From: Terriglobales bacterium
GTDB taxonomy: Bacteria; Acidobacteriota; Terriglobia; Terriglobales; Acidobacteriaceae
Reading direction: 5' to 3'
DNA length: 64,000 bases
Assembly: GCA_050011975.1 (NCBI GenBank)
Contig: JBEKIB010000006.1
Location: forward strand, 26,433 to 90,432
Under the pieces are notes generated by a model. It was given only the letters and a program-made list of their open reading frames with translations. It did no database searches and was not told the DNA's origin. Below, piece after piece: positions 46,138-55,216 of the stretch. A program made the position numbers and the translations under genes. How positions within the stretch are numbered: position 1 is the first letter of the stretch; each line of letters starts with the position of its first letter.

Positions 46138-47493
46138 CTACTGTCCGATGAACAACTTCAAATTCTCAGCCTTCCAGCGCATCGCGGCATAAATGCGATT
46201 ACGTCCGCTCGGATGATCGAAAAAGATCCACTCCTCGATGGGGCCGGGATTCATCTTGCGGTATTCGCCGAGATGGATCGCCGCCTGGGCAAAGCCGTCG
46301 GGCTGCCGGCTCGTGTTCAGTCCGTACATGTCGGCTTCGTATTCCTGAGTGCGGATGAAGGTGTTCATGACGGGAGTGATGACGAAACCAAAGATGGCGA
46401 CCAGCAGCACCACGAGCGGAAGAACGGCCGTGTCGCCCAAGCCGCGAATCTGCCACTTCTCGCCCCAGCGCTGCAGCGCCCAGTCGATGGACCAGCGCAA
46501 GTAAACGAAGGCCAGAACGATCACGATCAAGAAAAACATGATGCTCTTGTAGATGTGATTCATAACGTAGTGCCCCATCTCGTGTCCCATGACCGCCTGA
46601 ATTTCTTCCGGCGAGCCGCGGCGCAAAAGATTGTCATTGAGGGTGATGCGCATCGTATGGGCGAAGCCGCTGACGTTGGCGCTCATCCGCGTCGTTTGCC
46701 GCGAAGCGTCGATCTCGAACACATCCTTCGCGGGAATTCCGTTGGCCCGCGCCATGCTCAGGATGGGGTCGACAATCTTCGGATCGTTGAGGCGCGTCAC
46801 CTTATTGAAGATGGGAACAATGTAGACAGGCGAGATCAGCACAGTGAAGATGAGGAACAGGATAGTCACGACCGCGCCCCAGATCCACCAGGTTCGCGGC
46901 AGGCGGCGAACAACGCCGAACAGCAGCATGGCCAGCAGGCCGCCCAGCACCAGGTTCACACCGAGCTCCTTCATCTGATCTCCCATCCAGGGGCCAAAGG
47001 TTTGCGTGGCGAGTCCATATTTGTGTTCGCGGAAATAATCTTCGTAAACCGTGAGCGGGAAGACGAGGATGCTGGTGACCACGAGGTATTGCAACCAGTA
47101 CACGAAGGTGTGCACCGGCTTGAAGCGAGTGACCCGCTCCGACAGGTCTCGCATGCGGGCCGACCACCGCAAATTCAGCAACAGCAGCGCGATTGCCACT
47201 CCATAGAGAAAGTCCCAAAGAATCATCCAGTAGCCGCCCTCGAAATAGGCATCGGAACGGGCCGTCTTGTCGGGAGGAATCTGCGCGAGGTAAGCGTTGG
47301 TGGCCGCCGTGGCGTCGAAATGCGGCGAGGCCTGGGCCTCGGCGGGAACCTGGATCACGGATGGCATCTGGTTCGCGGCTGGCGGTTGAGCGAACGTGGG
47401 AGTTGCGAGAAAAGTTGCGCAGAAGAAAATCACACAACCGAGTGCTGTCGCCAAGCTTATTCGTAAGGGCATCTTGTTTGTCTCCGAAAACAC
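46138..47493 (-). CDS. M48-family zinc metallopeptidase (Ste24/HtpX-like), membrane-bound
   Basis: 451 aa with several TM helices and the HExxH site VMGHEMGHYVMNH. Confidence 0.85.
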   Translation of the reverse strand: MFSETNKMPLRISLATALGCVIFFCATFLATPTFAQPPAANQMPSVIQVPAEAQASPHFDATAATNAYLAQIPPDKTARSDAYFEGGYWMILWDFLYGVAIALLLLNLRWSARMRDLSERVTRFKPVHTFVYWLQYLVVTSILVFPLTVYEDYFREHKYGLATQTFGPWMGDQMKELGVNLVLGGLLAMLLFGVVRRLPRTWWIWGAVVTILFLIFTVLISPVYIVPIFNKVTRLNDPKIVDPILSMARANGIPAKDVFEIDASRQTTRMSANVSGFAHTMRITLNDNLLRRGSPEEIQAVMGHEMGHYVMNHIYKSIMFFLIVIVLAFVYLRWSIDWALQRWGEKWQIRGLGDTAVLPLVVLLVAIFGFVITPVMNTFIRTQEYEADMYGLNTSRQPDGFAQAAIHLGEYRKMNPGPIEEWIFFDHPSGRNRIYAAMRWKAENLKLFIGQ

Positions 47494-47544
47494 CTACCCG
47501 CAGAAGTGTATACGGAGTCAGACTGCCGAGGGTTCAATTTCCTG

Positions 47545-47596
47545 GTAGAGACGGGCTTGCCCCGTCTTCCGCTGCCGAGACGCGGCAAGCTGCGTC
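47545..47596. repeat. REP-like short hairpins, one with a GTAG head
   Basis: GTAG (47545-48) is followed by AGACGGG-cttgc-CCCGTCT (47549-67). A second hairpin GACGC-ggcaagct-GCGTC (47579-96) is followed by CCTGTGGGG. Confidence 0.4.
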
Positions 47597-47627
47597 CCTG
47601 TGGGGCCGGTTTGCTGGTGTCAACTTG

Positions 47628-48521
47628 CTACGGCCTTGTCTTGGCGATTTCGGGGACGGCCGCTTCGCCGGTGCGCTTGCTTGGTTGCTGGCCCAGATGG
47701 TGCCTGGTCAGTCCTTCTTTCAGGAACTCGAAACTTTCCTCCGGCGAATCGCACATCTTGAACAGTTGGAGGTCTTCTGGCGAGATCATGCCGGCGTCGA
47801 CCATGGCTTCGAAATTGACGATCTTCTTCCAGTAATCGCTGCCATAGATGACGATGACAATTTTCTTGGCCAGCTTCTCCGTCTGGGCCAGGGTAACGAT
47901 TTCAAAAAATTCGTCGAGCGTGCCAAAGCCTCCGGGAAAGATCACCAGCGCTTTGGCCAGGTACGCAAACCAGAACTTGCGCATGAAGAAATAGTGGAAC
48001 TCAAAGTTGAGCGAAGGCGTGATGTAGGCGTTCGGATTCTGCTCGAAGGGTAGGTTGATGTTGAGGCCGATGGTTTTTCCTCCCGCTTCATGGGCGCCGA
48101 GATTGGCGGCTTCCATGATGCCCGGGCCGCCGCCCGTGGTGACGACGAAGCGGTGGCGCTTGGCGGGAATCTGGGTGGACCATTCGGTCAGCAGGAAGGC
48201 CAGCCGGCGCGCGTCCTCGTAGTAGCGCGCCATGTCAACCGCGGCCTCGGCGCCCTTCATATTCTTGGCTTGCTGTGCGGCGGAGACGTCAGCGCCGTTG
48301 CCGCGGACTTCCGTCAGACGGTTGCTGGCGTTGTCGCGGCTGTGGATGCGGGCCGAGCCGAAGAAGACGACCGTGTCCTGGATCTGCTCGCGGCGGAAGC
48401 GCGAGAGCGGCTCGCTGTACTCCGACAGCAGGCGCAGAATTCTCCCGTCAGGACTGTTGAGAAATGGTTCGTTCTGATACGCGAGGGGAGCGGGCTTGAG
48501 TTTTTGATCAGTCATAGTCAT
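47628..48521 (-). CDS. LOG-family (TIGR00730-type) nucleotide phosphoribohydrolase-like protein
   Basis: 297 aa with motifs GGGPGIMEA and PGGFGTLDEFFE. Confidence 0.8.
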   Translation of the reverse strand: MTMTDQKLKPAPLAYQNEPFLNSPDGRILRLLSEYSEPLSRFRREQIQDTVVFFGSARIHSRDNASNRLTEVRGNGADVSAAQQAKNMKGAEAAVDMARYYEDARRLAFLLTEWSTQIPAKRHRFVVTTGGGPGIMEAANLGAHEAGGKTIGLNINLPFEQNPNAYITPSLNFEFHYFFMRKFWFAYLAKALVIFPGGFGTLDEFFEIVTLAQTEKLAKKIVIVIYGSDYWKKIVNFEAMVDAGMISPEDLQLFKMCDSPEESFEFLKEGLTRHHLGQQPSKRTGEAAVPEIAKTRP

Positions 48522-48647
48522 TGAGGCATTGAATCATTTAATCATTGAGTCATTTGATCATTGAATCACTGAGACCTTGAATCATTGGGGCATTGGGTTA
48601 ATGTTTCAATACCTCAATGATTCAATGACTCAATGACTCAATGTCTC
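48520..48647. repeat. Periodic-arm palindrome 2 (16 in-phase octamers, ATTGAnTC then AATGAnTC)
   Basis: The first ten units are ATTGAGGC ATTGAATC ATTTAATC ATTGAGTC ATTTGATC ATTGAATC ACTGAGAC CTTGAATC ATTGGGGC ATTGGGTT. The next six are AATGTTTC AATACCTC AATGATTC AATGACTC AATGACTC AATGTCTC. The halves are imperfect reverse complements. The array touches the LOG start codon at one end and the stop of the 48646..49089 ORF at the other. Confidence 0.9.
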
Positions 48648-49089
48648 ATTCTTCCTGATATTGAATGGCCTCCCAAAATCCGATCCACACATTGAGCACG
48701 CCCAAGCCGGTCGAGACGCCGCGCGCGAAGCCGCTGGCTACAATGGCGCGAAGCGTGGGATACGGGAGGAGCAGAGGGTTGTCGGACCACTCGGGACGCC
48801 AGGGCAGAATCATGAGCATCACCCCCACCGTTGCGCACAGGAACACGAACAGTAGCACTCCGATGCGGCGCAGCCACACCCGCGCGACCGAAGGCGAGGG
48901 TCTGGAACCCGAAACTGGCACGGGCGCTTGCACGGGAACGACCGGGACGGATGTTTCCGTCGGGGATTTGAGTTCTCCGACACTGGTGGAGTCGCTGCCA
49001 AAGGGTAGCTTGGGATCGGAAATCATTGCACGCGTCGTTGTAGATAAGGCCGTGGGGTGGGCGCGGGATCGAGTTGCATCCCAGCGCAA
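48646..49089 (-). CDS. Hypothetical membrane protein downstream of the TPR gene
   Basis: 147 aa with two hydrophobic helices (IGVLLFVFLCATVGVMLMIL and GVSTGLGVLNVWIGFW) and a Pro/Ser-rich N-terminal part. No family recognised and the start is uncertain. Confidence 0.45.
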   Translation of the reverse strand: MRWDATRSRAHPTALSTTTRAMISDPKLPFGSDSTSVGELKSPTETSVPVVPVQAPVPVSGSRPSPSVARVWLRRIGVLLFVFLCATVGVMLMILPWRPEWSDNPLLLPYPTLRAIVASGFARGVSTGLGVLNVWIGFWEAIQYQEE

Positions 49090-49112
49090 GTTTTGAACCC
49101 ACTTGGTGCATT

Positions 49113-52100
49113 CTACGACTTCAGAGCCTGAATGCGCTCGGCCACGTCGCGATAATCGATATTCGAACCGTACACACTGGTGAAATGACGCAGTGCCGCA
49201 GGCTTGTCCATGGCAGTTTCGCAGGCCGACCCCAGCTCATAGTTGATGGCAACGCGCGCTTCGTCATCGAGCCCGGGAATGTTCAGCGCCTTTTCGTACC
49301 AGCGGATGGCGGCGTCGGGAACTCCTTTATCGAGGAAGCACTGGGCCAACCAGGTGTAGGTCTGGACGGGCTGCGTAAATGCCTTGCCGCGATCGATCGC
49401 GGTACACACTTTCTGCAATTCGGCGATGGCTTCATCGAGCAGGCCCATCTCGCGGAAGGCAACCCCCAGGTTGTAATGCGTTTCCGGATCGTCGTCGCCG
49501 GCCATAACCTCTTCTTCGAGTTCGTGTTTCAACTCGCCGAACATCTCCGCCAGATCGACACTGTCGGAAGGATGCATGGCCTGCGCTCCAGCTCCCAAGG
49601 GGCGTATGGCAGCGGGGCTGTAGCTCATGGCAGGAGCGGCGGCGGTTGCGGCGCCTCCCGCCGATGCCGCGATCGCCGGCATGGCTGCCGGAGCCGCTGG
49701 AATTTCGCGTTCGAGTGCTACTGGCTCCGTTTCCGGTTCGGGCGTTCTCGCTGCGGCCGGCAGTGGCGCCGGACCCACGGGCCAGCCCGGCAGCGGCCGG
49801 GGGTCAGGTGGCTGAGTTACCGGCGAATGAGTAACGGGTGAATGCGCCGCGGGAAGGTCGGCCGCGGGCGGCAGCGCTTGCGGGAAAGAATCGCCGAGTG
49901 AAGCTTCCAGGTCTGCAACAAACGCAGTCAGCTCGCTTGCCTCCGCATGTACGGGTTCGGCGTGATCTGGTTCTGTTTGATCCGGTTCTGCCTGATGATG
50001 TTCGGCACAGGCCGGTTCGGGCTCGGCTTCCGCCGAAGCCGCAGCGTGGATCGGGTCGTGAACCGCGTCCTCGTAACCCACCAGATCAGGCGAGGCGGCG
50101 ATCTCGGACCCGTCTTGCTGCGTCTTCAGTTCAACTTCGAAATCCACGGGCTCGTCGGCGTTGATCTCGGTGATTTCCGGCTCGGGCTCGCTCGGCGGCT
50201 GGCCGGCGGATTCGACGGCAGCGCGCAACGGATCAAGAATGCGGGCATCGCTGGTCAGGGATTCGAGCTTCCCGATTCCGGCGCGGGCCTGGTCCGTCAT
50301 GAAGTGCTCGAGATAGAAACGGATTTCTTCGACCGTCTCGGCGATCTCGGGATTGCCGGAAGCATCGGCGTCGGCCTCGCCTTCGACGGTGGCCGGCAGT
50401 TCCGCGGCCGGAGCGGCCTCGTCGACGGAAAGGGAATGCTCCCACTCGGAGGAAAGGTCCGAGGCAAGGTCGGTGGAAGGATCGTGCGCGTCCCCGGGCG
50501 GGTGCGCCGCCAATTCCTGGACGGCGAACTCCGGACGCGCGGCCGCGGCGCGTTCGGGATCGGAAGCCGAGGGCGCGGCCATCGGCCAGGGCGGAGTGGC
50601 AGCAGCGGCAGCAGCGGCGCGGCCCGCAGGCGGCGCCGCGACCGATGAAGCGATGGCGGGCGAGGCGATCGTCGCCGGAGCAGCGGTCGATGAGGCGGCA
50701 GACGAGGAAGCAGCGGATTCCGCGTTCTGCTCATAGCGCGCCCCTAATTCTCCATAGCGCACGGCTTCATCGGGGTAGCCGGCATCGTGGTACACGCTTT
50801 CCAGGGTGCGGCAGCAAACGGCCGCTTCGGTGAAGCGCTGGAAGCGAGTATGAAGCGCGGCCAGGCGCTGGTTCAGCCGCACGTCGCGCGGTGCCTGAGG
50901 CAGAGCCCCCAGCAGAGGCACCACTGCCTTGTCGGGCAGATTGTAAGAAAGAAACAGGTCGGCATCGGTGACCGCGGAGCGCACTGCGATCGCGATGTGG
51001 TCGGGATAAGACTGGTCGATGACGGGCGCGGTCGCTTCCAACTCCTCCACGATGACCGCCCCTTCTTCGGCCGTGATCCCGATCGCGGGCGAGGCGCCCT
51101 CCATGCGAGCCACCACTTGCTGATAATTCTGCATGTGCAATGGGTTCTGGGGCTCGGTGGTGGCCAGTATCTGGTACAGGTCGCGAGCGCGGGCCAGGTT
51201 TCCGTCCTTGACGGAAGAGTGAGCCAGAAGCTCGGTGATTTCGTCGACGTGCGTGCTTTCGCCGGCTTTGCCCAGCAGCAGCAAGAGTGAGTCCAGTGCG
51301 CCCGAATCGTCGCGCACATGGGTGATCATGGCGTGCAGGCTGGCCAGCAATTTGGTCGAGTCGGTCGCCAGCAGGCGATCGGCGTGCCGGGTGTAAACGT
51401 CGAGCGCCTCATGATACTGACCGAGCCGGGCGCAACCCTCGGCCAGCAGAAACAGCCCTTCGGGGTCATTGTGCACGGTGAGCAGCTTTTCGGCGATCGG
51501 GCCAGCGTCGGTCGGGTTTCCGATTTGCAGGTACGCCTTCAGCAGATCGCGCAAACCTTCGGGATGAGAATCGAGGTCAGGAGCCTTCTCCAGGTAGGCG
51601 ATGGCATTCTTCGGATCGTCACTTTCGAGGGCGGACTTCCCGCGCAGCAGCAGAACGTAACTGTTGCCCGGATCGAGCGTCAGCATCCGCTTCAGAATGT
51701 CTTCGGCGGCGGAGAGTGAACCACGGGCCCGCAGCGATTCAGCCGCCGCGCTGAAAATCTCCCACGCCTCTTTCTTTTTTCCGAGGCGGATATAAACCTC
51801 GGCGAGCTTGACCCGCATGGGCACATTTTCCGGGTCCATTTCGAGGACCTTCTGGAAAAGGCGTACCGCTTGGTCGAGGTCGCCATTCTTCATGAAGTCT
51901 TCCGCGACTTGCAGATACTGGGCGCGAGCGTCGTTGAACAGCCCTTGCTGGGTGTAGAGTTCCGCCAGTTTCAGAGATCCATCCACGCTCGGATGGAGCT
52001 TGGTGATCTTCTTGTACATGGCGATGCCCTTAACCGTGAAGCCCTGCGCGGCATAGGCATCGCCCACCGTCTTGAAGCACTCGATGGCTTTGGCAATGTC

Positions 52101-52271
52101 GCCGAGACGGGCGTAGAGATCGCCGATGGTGTTGTTGACGGTAAGATCCTTGGCATCGTGCTGCAGGACCTTGTCGTACTCAGCAATGGCGTTCTGCAGC
52201 TTGCCCTGCTGGACAAACTTTTCCGCAGCGCTGAGAACCTTCTGTTTGTTAAAGCCAAAACCAAACGCCAT
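49113..52271 (-). CDS. Large TPR-repeat protein with central Ala/Pro/Glu-rich low-complexity region
   Basis: 1052 aa. The N-terminal part (FVQQGKLQNAIAEYDKVL...AIECFKTVGDAYAAQGF) and C-terminal part (YNLGVAFREMGLLDEAIAEL) are TPR-like. The centre holds short peptide repeats (HSPVTHSPVT and AEPDQTEPDHAEPVHAE). Confidence 0.7.
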   Translation of the reverse strand: MAFGFGFNKQKVLSAAEKFVQQGKLQNAIAEYDKVLQHDAKDLTVNNTIGDLYARLGDIAKAIECFKTVGDAYAAQGFTVKGIAMYKKITKLHPSVDGSLKLAELYTQQGLFNDARAQYLQVAEDFMKNGDLDQAVRLFQKVLEMDPENVPMRVKLAEVYIRLGKKKEAWEIFSAAAESLRARGSLSAAEDILKRMLTLDPGNSYVLLLRGKSALESDDPKNAIAYLEKAPDLDSHPEGLRDLLKAYLQIGNPTDAGPIAEKLLTVHNDPEGLFLLAEGCARLGQYHEALDVYTRHADRLLATDSTKLLASLHAMITHVRDDSGALDSLLLLLGKAGESTHVDEITELLAHSSVKDGNLARARDLYQILATTEPQNPLHMQNYQQVVARMEGASPAIGITAEEGAVIVEELEATAPVIDQSYPDHIAIAVRSAVTDADLFLSYNLPDKAVVPLLGALPQAPRDVRLNQRLAALHTRFQRFTEAAVCCRTLESVYHDAGYPDEAVRYGELGARYEQNAESAASSSAASSTAAPATIASPAIASSVAAPPAGRAAAAAAATPPWPMAAPSASDPERAAAARPEFAVQELAAHPPGDAHDPSTDLASDLSSEWEHSLSVDEAAPAAELPATVEGEADADASGNPEIAETVEEIRFYLEHFMTDQARAGIGKLESLTSDARILDPLRAAVESAGQPPSEPEPEITEINADEPVDFEVELKTQQDGSEIAASPDLVGYEDAVHDPIHAAASAEAEPEPACAEHHQAEPDQTEPDHAEPVHAEASELTAFVADLEASLGDSFPQALPPAADLPAAHSPVTHSPVTQPPDPRPLPGWPVGPAPLPAAARTPEPETEPVALEREIPAAPAAMPAIAASAGGAATAAAPAMSYSPAAIRPLGAGAQAMHPSDSVDLAEMFGELKHELEEEVMAGDDDPETHYNLGVAFREMGLLDEAIAELQKVCTAIDRGKAFTQPVQTYTWLAQCFLDKGVPDAAIRWYEKALNIPGLDDEARVAINYELGSACETAMDKPAALRHFTSVYGSNIDYRDVAERIQALKS

Positions 52272-52438
52272 AAGGTGTGCGGACTCCAGCCTTTTTCCCG
52301 CCGAACGCCCGCGATTTCCGCCAACGTTGCCGAACGGGTCCGAACCTCGCTGGGAGATTCCCAGGCGAAACCCCGCAAACCGCGTAAACCGGGATCACGG
52401 AGTAAGGTAATTGTAAGGCCCGGTACTGTCAGTCCGAT

Positions 52439-52490
52439 GGTTACCGACGATTACCGGGGGTTACCAAAAGGGAGTGTACGTCCGGTAACG
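52439..52490. repeat. Phased G(G/A)TTACC repeats in the divergent TPR / metallophosphoesterase intergenic region
   Basis: GGTTACC lies at 52439, GATTACC at 52449 and GGTTACC at 52459, an exact 10-bp phasing. An inverted copy CGGTAAC lies at 52484-52490. Confidence 0.5.
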
Positions 52491-52672
52491 GAAAAGACCG
52501 CTCCCCGCTTCCAGAATGGGAGCAGGAAAACACCAAGGCTTGAAGGCGGCTGATGGTCTCACCTGGGAAGCGTCGCGAACTGTGAATTTGCGCTCTTGCG
52601 GTTGAATCCATGCGAATTAGCGGCGAAATTACGGCAGCAATCCGAATGAGAGATTGGGGAATCTAATGCACC

Positions 52673-53788
52673 ATGCGGGTACGAAAACGCTTAATCGGTT
52701 TCATCGTAATTCTCCAGTCCGTTCTTTTCTTGACCCATTTTTTTCTCTATGAGACCTGGACATTTTCGTCCGTAGGAAGCGATTCTGTTTGGACGCCGGG
52801 GATCAAGCTGGTTCTCGCCTTTTTGTCGGTAAGCTTTGTTGCCGCTTCGCTACTCGCCTTTCGCTATACAAATCCTCCGCTGCGCGCGTTTTACAGGGCG
52901 GCTGCGGTTTGGTTGGGTATGCTGACTTTCCTCTTTTTTGCGGCAGTTTCCTCCTGGATTATTTTCGGGTTTGCACGGTTGGCCGGGCTGGAACCGAATT
53001 TCCATCGGACCGTGGAATTGCTATTCGGTGCTGCCGTACTGGCCGCACTCTACGGGGTCTTCAACGCAAGCTGGACGCGCATCACGCGAACCACGGTCCG
53101 GCTCGCGAACTTGCCGGCGGCGTGGCGCGGGCGAAGAGCGGCGCTGATCAGCGATGTGCACCTGGGGCACGTGCGAAACGGCAGTTTTCTGCGGCGCATG
53201 GTCGCGAAGATTTTGCGGGAAGAGCCGGACGCGATTTTTATTGCTGGAGATTTATATGACGGCACGGCCATTGACGCAGGACGAGCGGCGAAGCCATTGA
53301 ACAAGTTGACGGCGCCGCACGGAGTGTATTTTGTCGCTGGGAATCACGAACAATTTGGGGACGACACTAAATATCTGAGCGCCATTGCGGCGGCCGGAGT
53401 GCGTGTGCTCAGCAATGAAAAGGTGGAAGTGGACGGTTTGCAAATTATTGGCGTGCCGTACCGAAACGCGGTGCGGGGAGGGCAGTTTGCATCCGTTCTG
53501 CACGACATCCGCTTGGATCGCAACCGCGCGAGCATTCTATTGACTCATGCACCCGACCATACGGACATCGCCGAAGCTGCGGGCGTTTCTCTGCAGCTAT
53601 CCGGGCATACTCACCTTGGGCAGTTCATACCTTGGAGCTGGATGGCAAGGCGGATCTACCGGCAGTTTGTCTACGGCTTAAGCCGGATCGGAAAGATGCA
53701 GGTTTTCACTTCCAGCGGCGCAGGAACCTGGGGACCACCGCTGAGACTGGGGTCGAATCCCGAGATTGTAATGCTTGAGTTCGAGTAA
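52673..53788 (+). CDS. Membrane-anchored metallophosphoesterase (YkuE-like)
   Basis: 371 aa with about 4 N-terminal TM helices. The calcineurin-like motifs are ISDVHLGH, AGDLYDG, GNHE and GHTH. Confidence 0.8.
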   Translation: MRVRKRLIGFIVILQSVLFLTHFFLYETWTFSSVGSDSVWTPGIKLVLAFLSVSFVAASLLAFRYTNPPLRAFYRAAAVWLGMLTFLFFAAVSSWIIFGFARLAGLEPNFHRTVELLFGAAVLAALYGVFNASWTRITRTTVRLANLPAAWRGRRAALISDVHLGHVRNGSFLRRMVAKILREEPDAIFIAGDLYDGTAIDAGRAAKPLNKLTAPHGVYFVAGNHEQFGDDTKYLSAIAAAGVRVLSNEKVEVDGLQIIGVPYRNAVRGGQFASVLHDIRLDRNRASILLTHAPDHTDIAEAAGVSLQLSGHTHLGQFIPWSWMARRIYRQFVYGLSRIGKMQVFTSSGAGTWGPPLRLGSNPEIVMLEFE

Positions 53789-53790
53789 AA

Positions 53791-54030
53791 GTGACGATGA
53801 AAACTATCGAGATTGCCACAAATCTTTGTTGGTCCAGCATGTCCTCTGAAAGCGACCGCACGCTGATTCCCTCCGACCCCGGCCTCTGCCAGAACTGCCA
53901 CCACGCGCGCCGGATCGAGTCCGATCATGGCTCGATTTTCTTTAGGTGTGAACTTTCGTTTGAGGATTCGCGGTTTGCGAAGTATCCGCGCCTTCCGGTT
54001 TTGGTTTGCAGCGGCTATCGGCCGAAGTAG
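53791..54030 (+). CDS. Small Cys-rich conserved hypothetical protein
   Basis: 79 aa starting 2 nt after the preceding stop. The pattern is CQNCHHARRIESDHGSIFFRCELSFEDSRFAKYPRLPVLVCSGY. The real start may be the internal MSSESD. Confidence 0.45.
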   Translation: MTMKTIEIATNLCWSSMSSESDRTLIPSDPGLCQNCHHARRIESDHGSIFFRCELSFEDSRFAKYPRLPVLVCSGYRPK

Positions 54031-54183
54031 TCGCCATGTCTTAGTCGGCTTGTCTTTGCCAGCAGTTCCGATCGACCCTATAATTGAAGTTCGAGACGAG
54101 TCCACGGTCCGACCGTATCTCTGACTCGTGATTTCGCCGGTCACTTGATTGAACACGAGTCACTGAAGACCAAGGAGAACTTT

Positions 54184-54363
54184 ATGTCCGCACCCAGCCG
54201 TCGCCCGGAAATTCGCCGCCGCCGCACCCGCGCCGAAAAAGTCGCCAAGCTGCGCAAGCGCCTCGCCGCTGCTTCTGCTTCCACTGATAAGGATCGCCTC
54301 AACGCTAAGCTGCATCGTGCCGGTCTGGTTTCTCCAGGGAACCCGTTGGTCAAGAGCGCGTAG
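54184..54363 (+). CDS. Small highly basic protein (59 aa)
   Basis: The ATG at 54184 is preceded by AAGGAGA with a 5-nt spacer. The sequence is MSAPSRRPEIRRRRTRAEKVAKLRKRLAAASASTDKDRLNAKLHRAGLVSPGNPLVKSA. The track ORF begins 39 nt upstream at 54145. Confidence 0.5.
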   Translation: MSAPSRRPEIRRRRTRAEKVAKLRKRLAAASASTDKDRLNAKLHRAGLVSPGNPLVKSA

Positions 54364-54418
54364 AGCGGCGTCACCGTTGCCGGAGTGCGCACCCGTGACG
54401 CGGCAAGCCACGTCTCCC

Positions 54419-55108
54419 TTAGAATTCCACCGTCACCAGTCTCGCCGGGCTCTTACCCACATTCGTTACGGTGTGAGTGTAGCCTCCGGGCAGCCACTTG
54501 ACATCGCCAGCCTTGAATTTTCCCGGCATCGGGCCCGATCCCTCGACGTCGCTGCGCAGATCGAGATCGCTGACCGCGATCAGAAGATGCGGACCGTCGT
54601 GGTGATGGCGGGGCACGACCGCGCCCGGTTCGAGGTTGACTTCGGACACCCGCACTCCATCTTTCACAAAAAGAATTTTGCTGCGCCCGCCCGGGAACGT
54701 CTTTTCGCCGCTTTCCTCCAGCCAGTGGGACGGAGTCTGCCGCAATTTTTCATCCTGCATCAACTCAATCGTCACGTTGCGGAAAGGCTGTTCCGAGAGA
54801 TCCTTGACGACGTGGGCGAAGTTTCCCGTCGTAAACCGCGTGTCGCCGTCGGTGAACTTGACGTCCACGGGCGGTTTGCCCTCGACTTCGTTGGAGATGT
54901 GAGCGTCGCCAAGTGTGACGACAACGTAGTCGTGGCGATGGGGATGCATGAGCGTCGAAGTATGAGGTGCGACCTCGACCTGGAAGACGCGTACGTATTC
55001 GTTTTCCAGGACAAGATGGTGCGAGGGTTCGGCGGTGATCTCGACTTCAGTCGCGGTCTGCGCCGCCAGGAGTGGAATCAGCAGGAAGAGAAACAGTACG
55101 CGTTTCAT
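54419..55108 (-). CDS. Secreted bicupin-like protein
   Basis: The ATG at 55108 gives MKRVLFLFLLIPLLAAQTA (signal peptide). Two cupin-like halves carry His clusters (MHPHRHDYVVV and PRHHHDGPHLLI). Confidence 0.6.
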   Translation of the reverse strand: MKRVLFLFLLIPLLAAQTATEVEITAEPSHHLVLENEYVRVFQVEVAPHTSTLMHPHRHDYVVVTLGDAHISNEVEGKPPVDVKFTDGDTRFTTGNFAHVVKDLSEQPFRNVTIELMQDEKLRQTPSHWLEESGEKTFPGGRSKILFVKDGVRVSEVNLEPGAVVPRHHHDGPHLLIAVSDLDLRSDVEGSGPMPGKFKAGDVKWLPGGYTHTVTNVGKSPARLVTVEF

Positions 55109-55172
55109 GGCGGGGAATTGTAGCACCGGGGGAGCCGTCGCGGCTCGAACGGTATCCGAGCCGCTCGGATGA

Positions 55173-55196
55173 ACAGCCGAGGGCGGCTGTCCCTAC
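55173..55196 (-). repeat. REP-like hairpin with GTAG head downstream of pyrC
   Basis: The minus strand reads GTAG-GG-ACAGCCG-ccct-CGGCTGT. On the plus strand this is ACAGCCG aggg CGGCTGT CC CTAC. Confidence 0.35.
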
Positions 55197-55216
55197 GCGG
55201 GGTCAACACGCAAAAT

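Noticed and set aside
46213-47466. 417-aa plus-strand ORF antisense to the M48 peptidase
   Set aside because: It is a shadow ORF. The minus strand carries the HEMGH zinc site and TM helices.
48520-48647. Possibility that the octamer/heptamer arrays are a CRISPR array or a mini-CRISPR
   Set aside because: The units are only 7-8 nt with no unique spacers. The arrays are palindromic and no cas genes are present.
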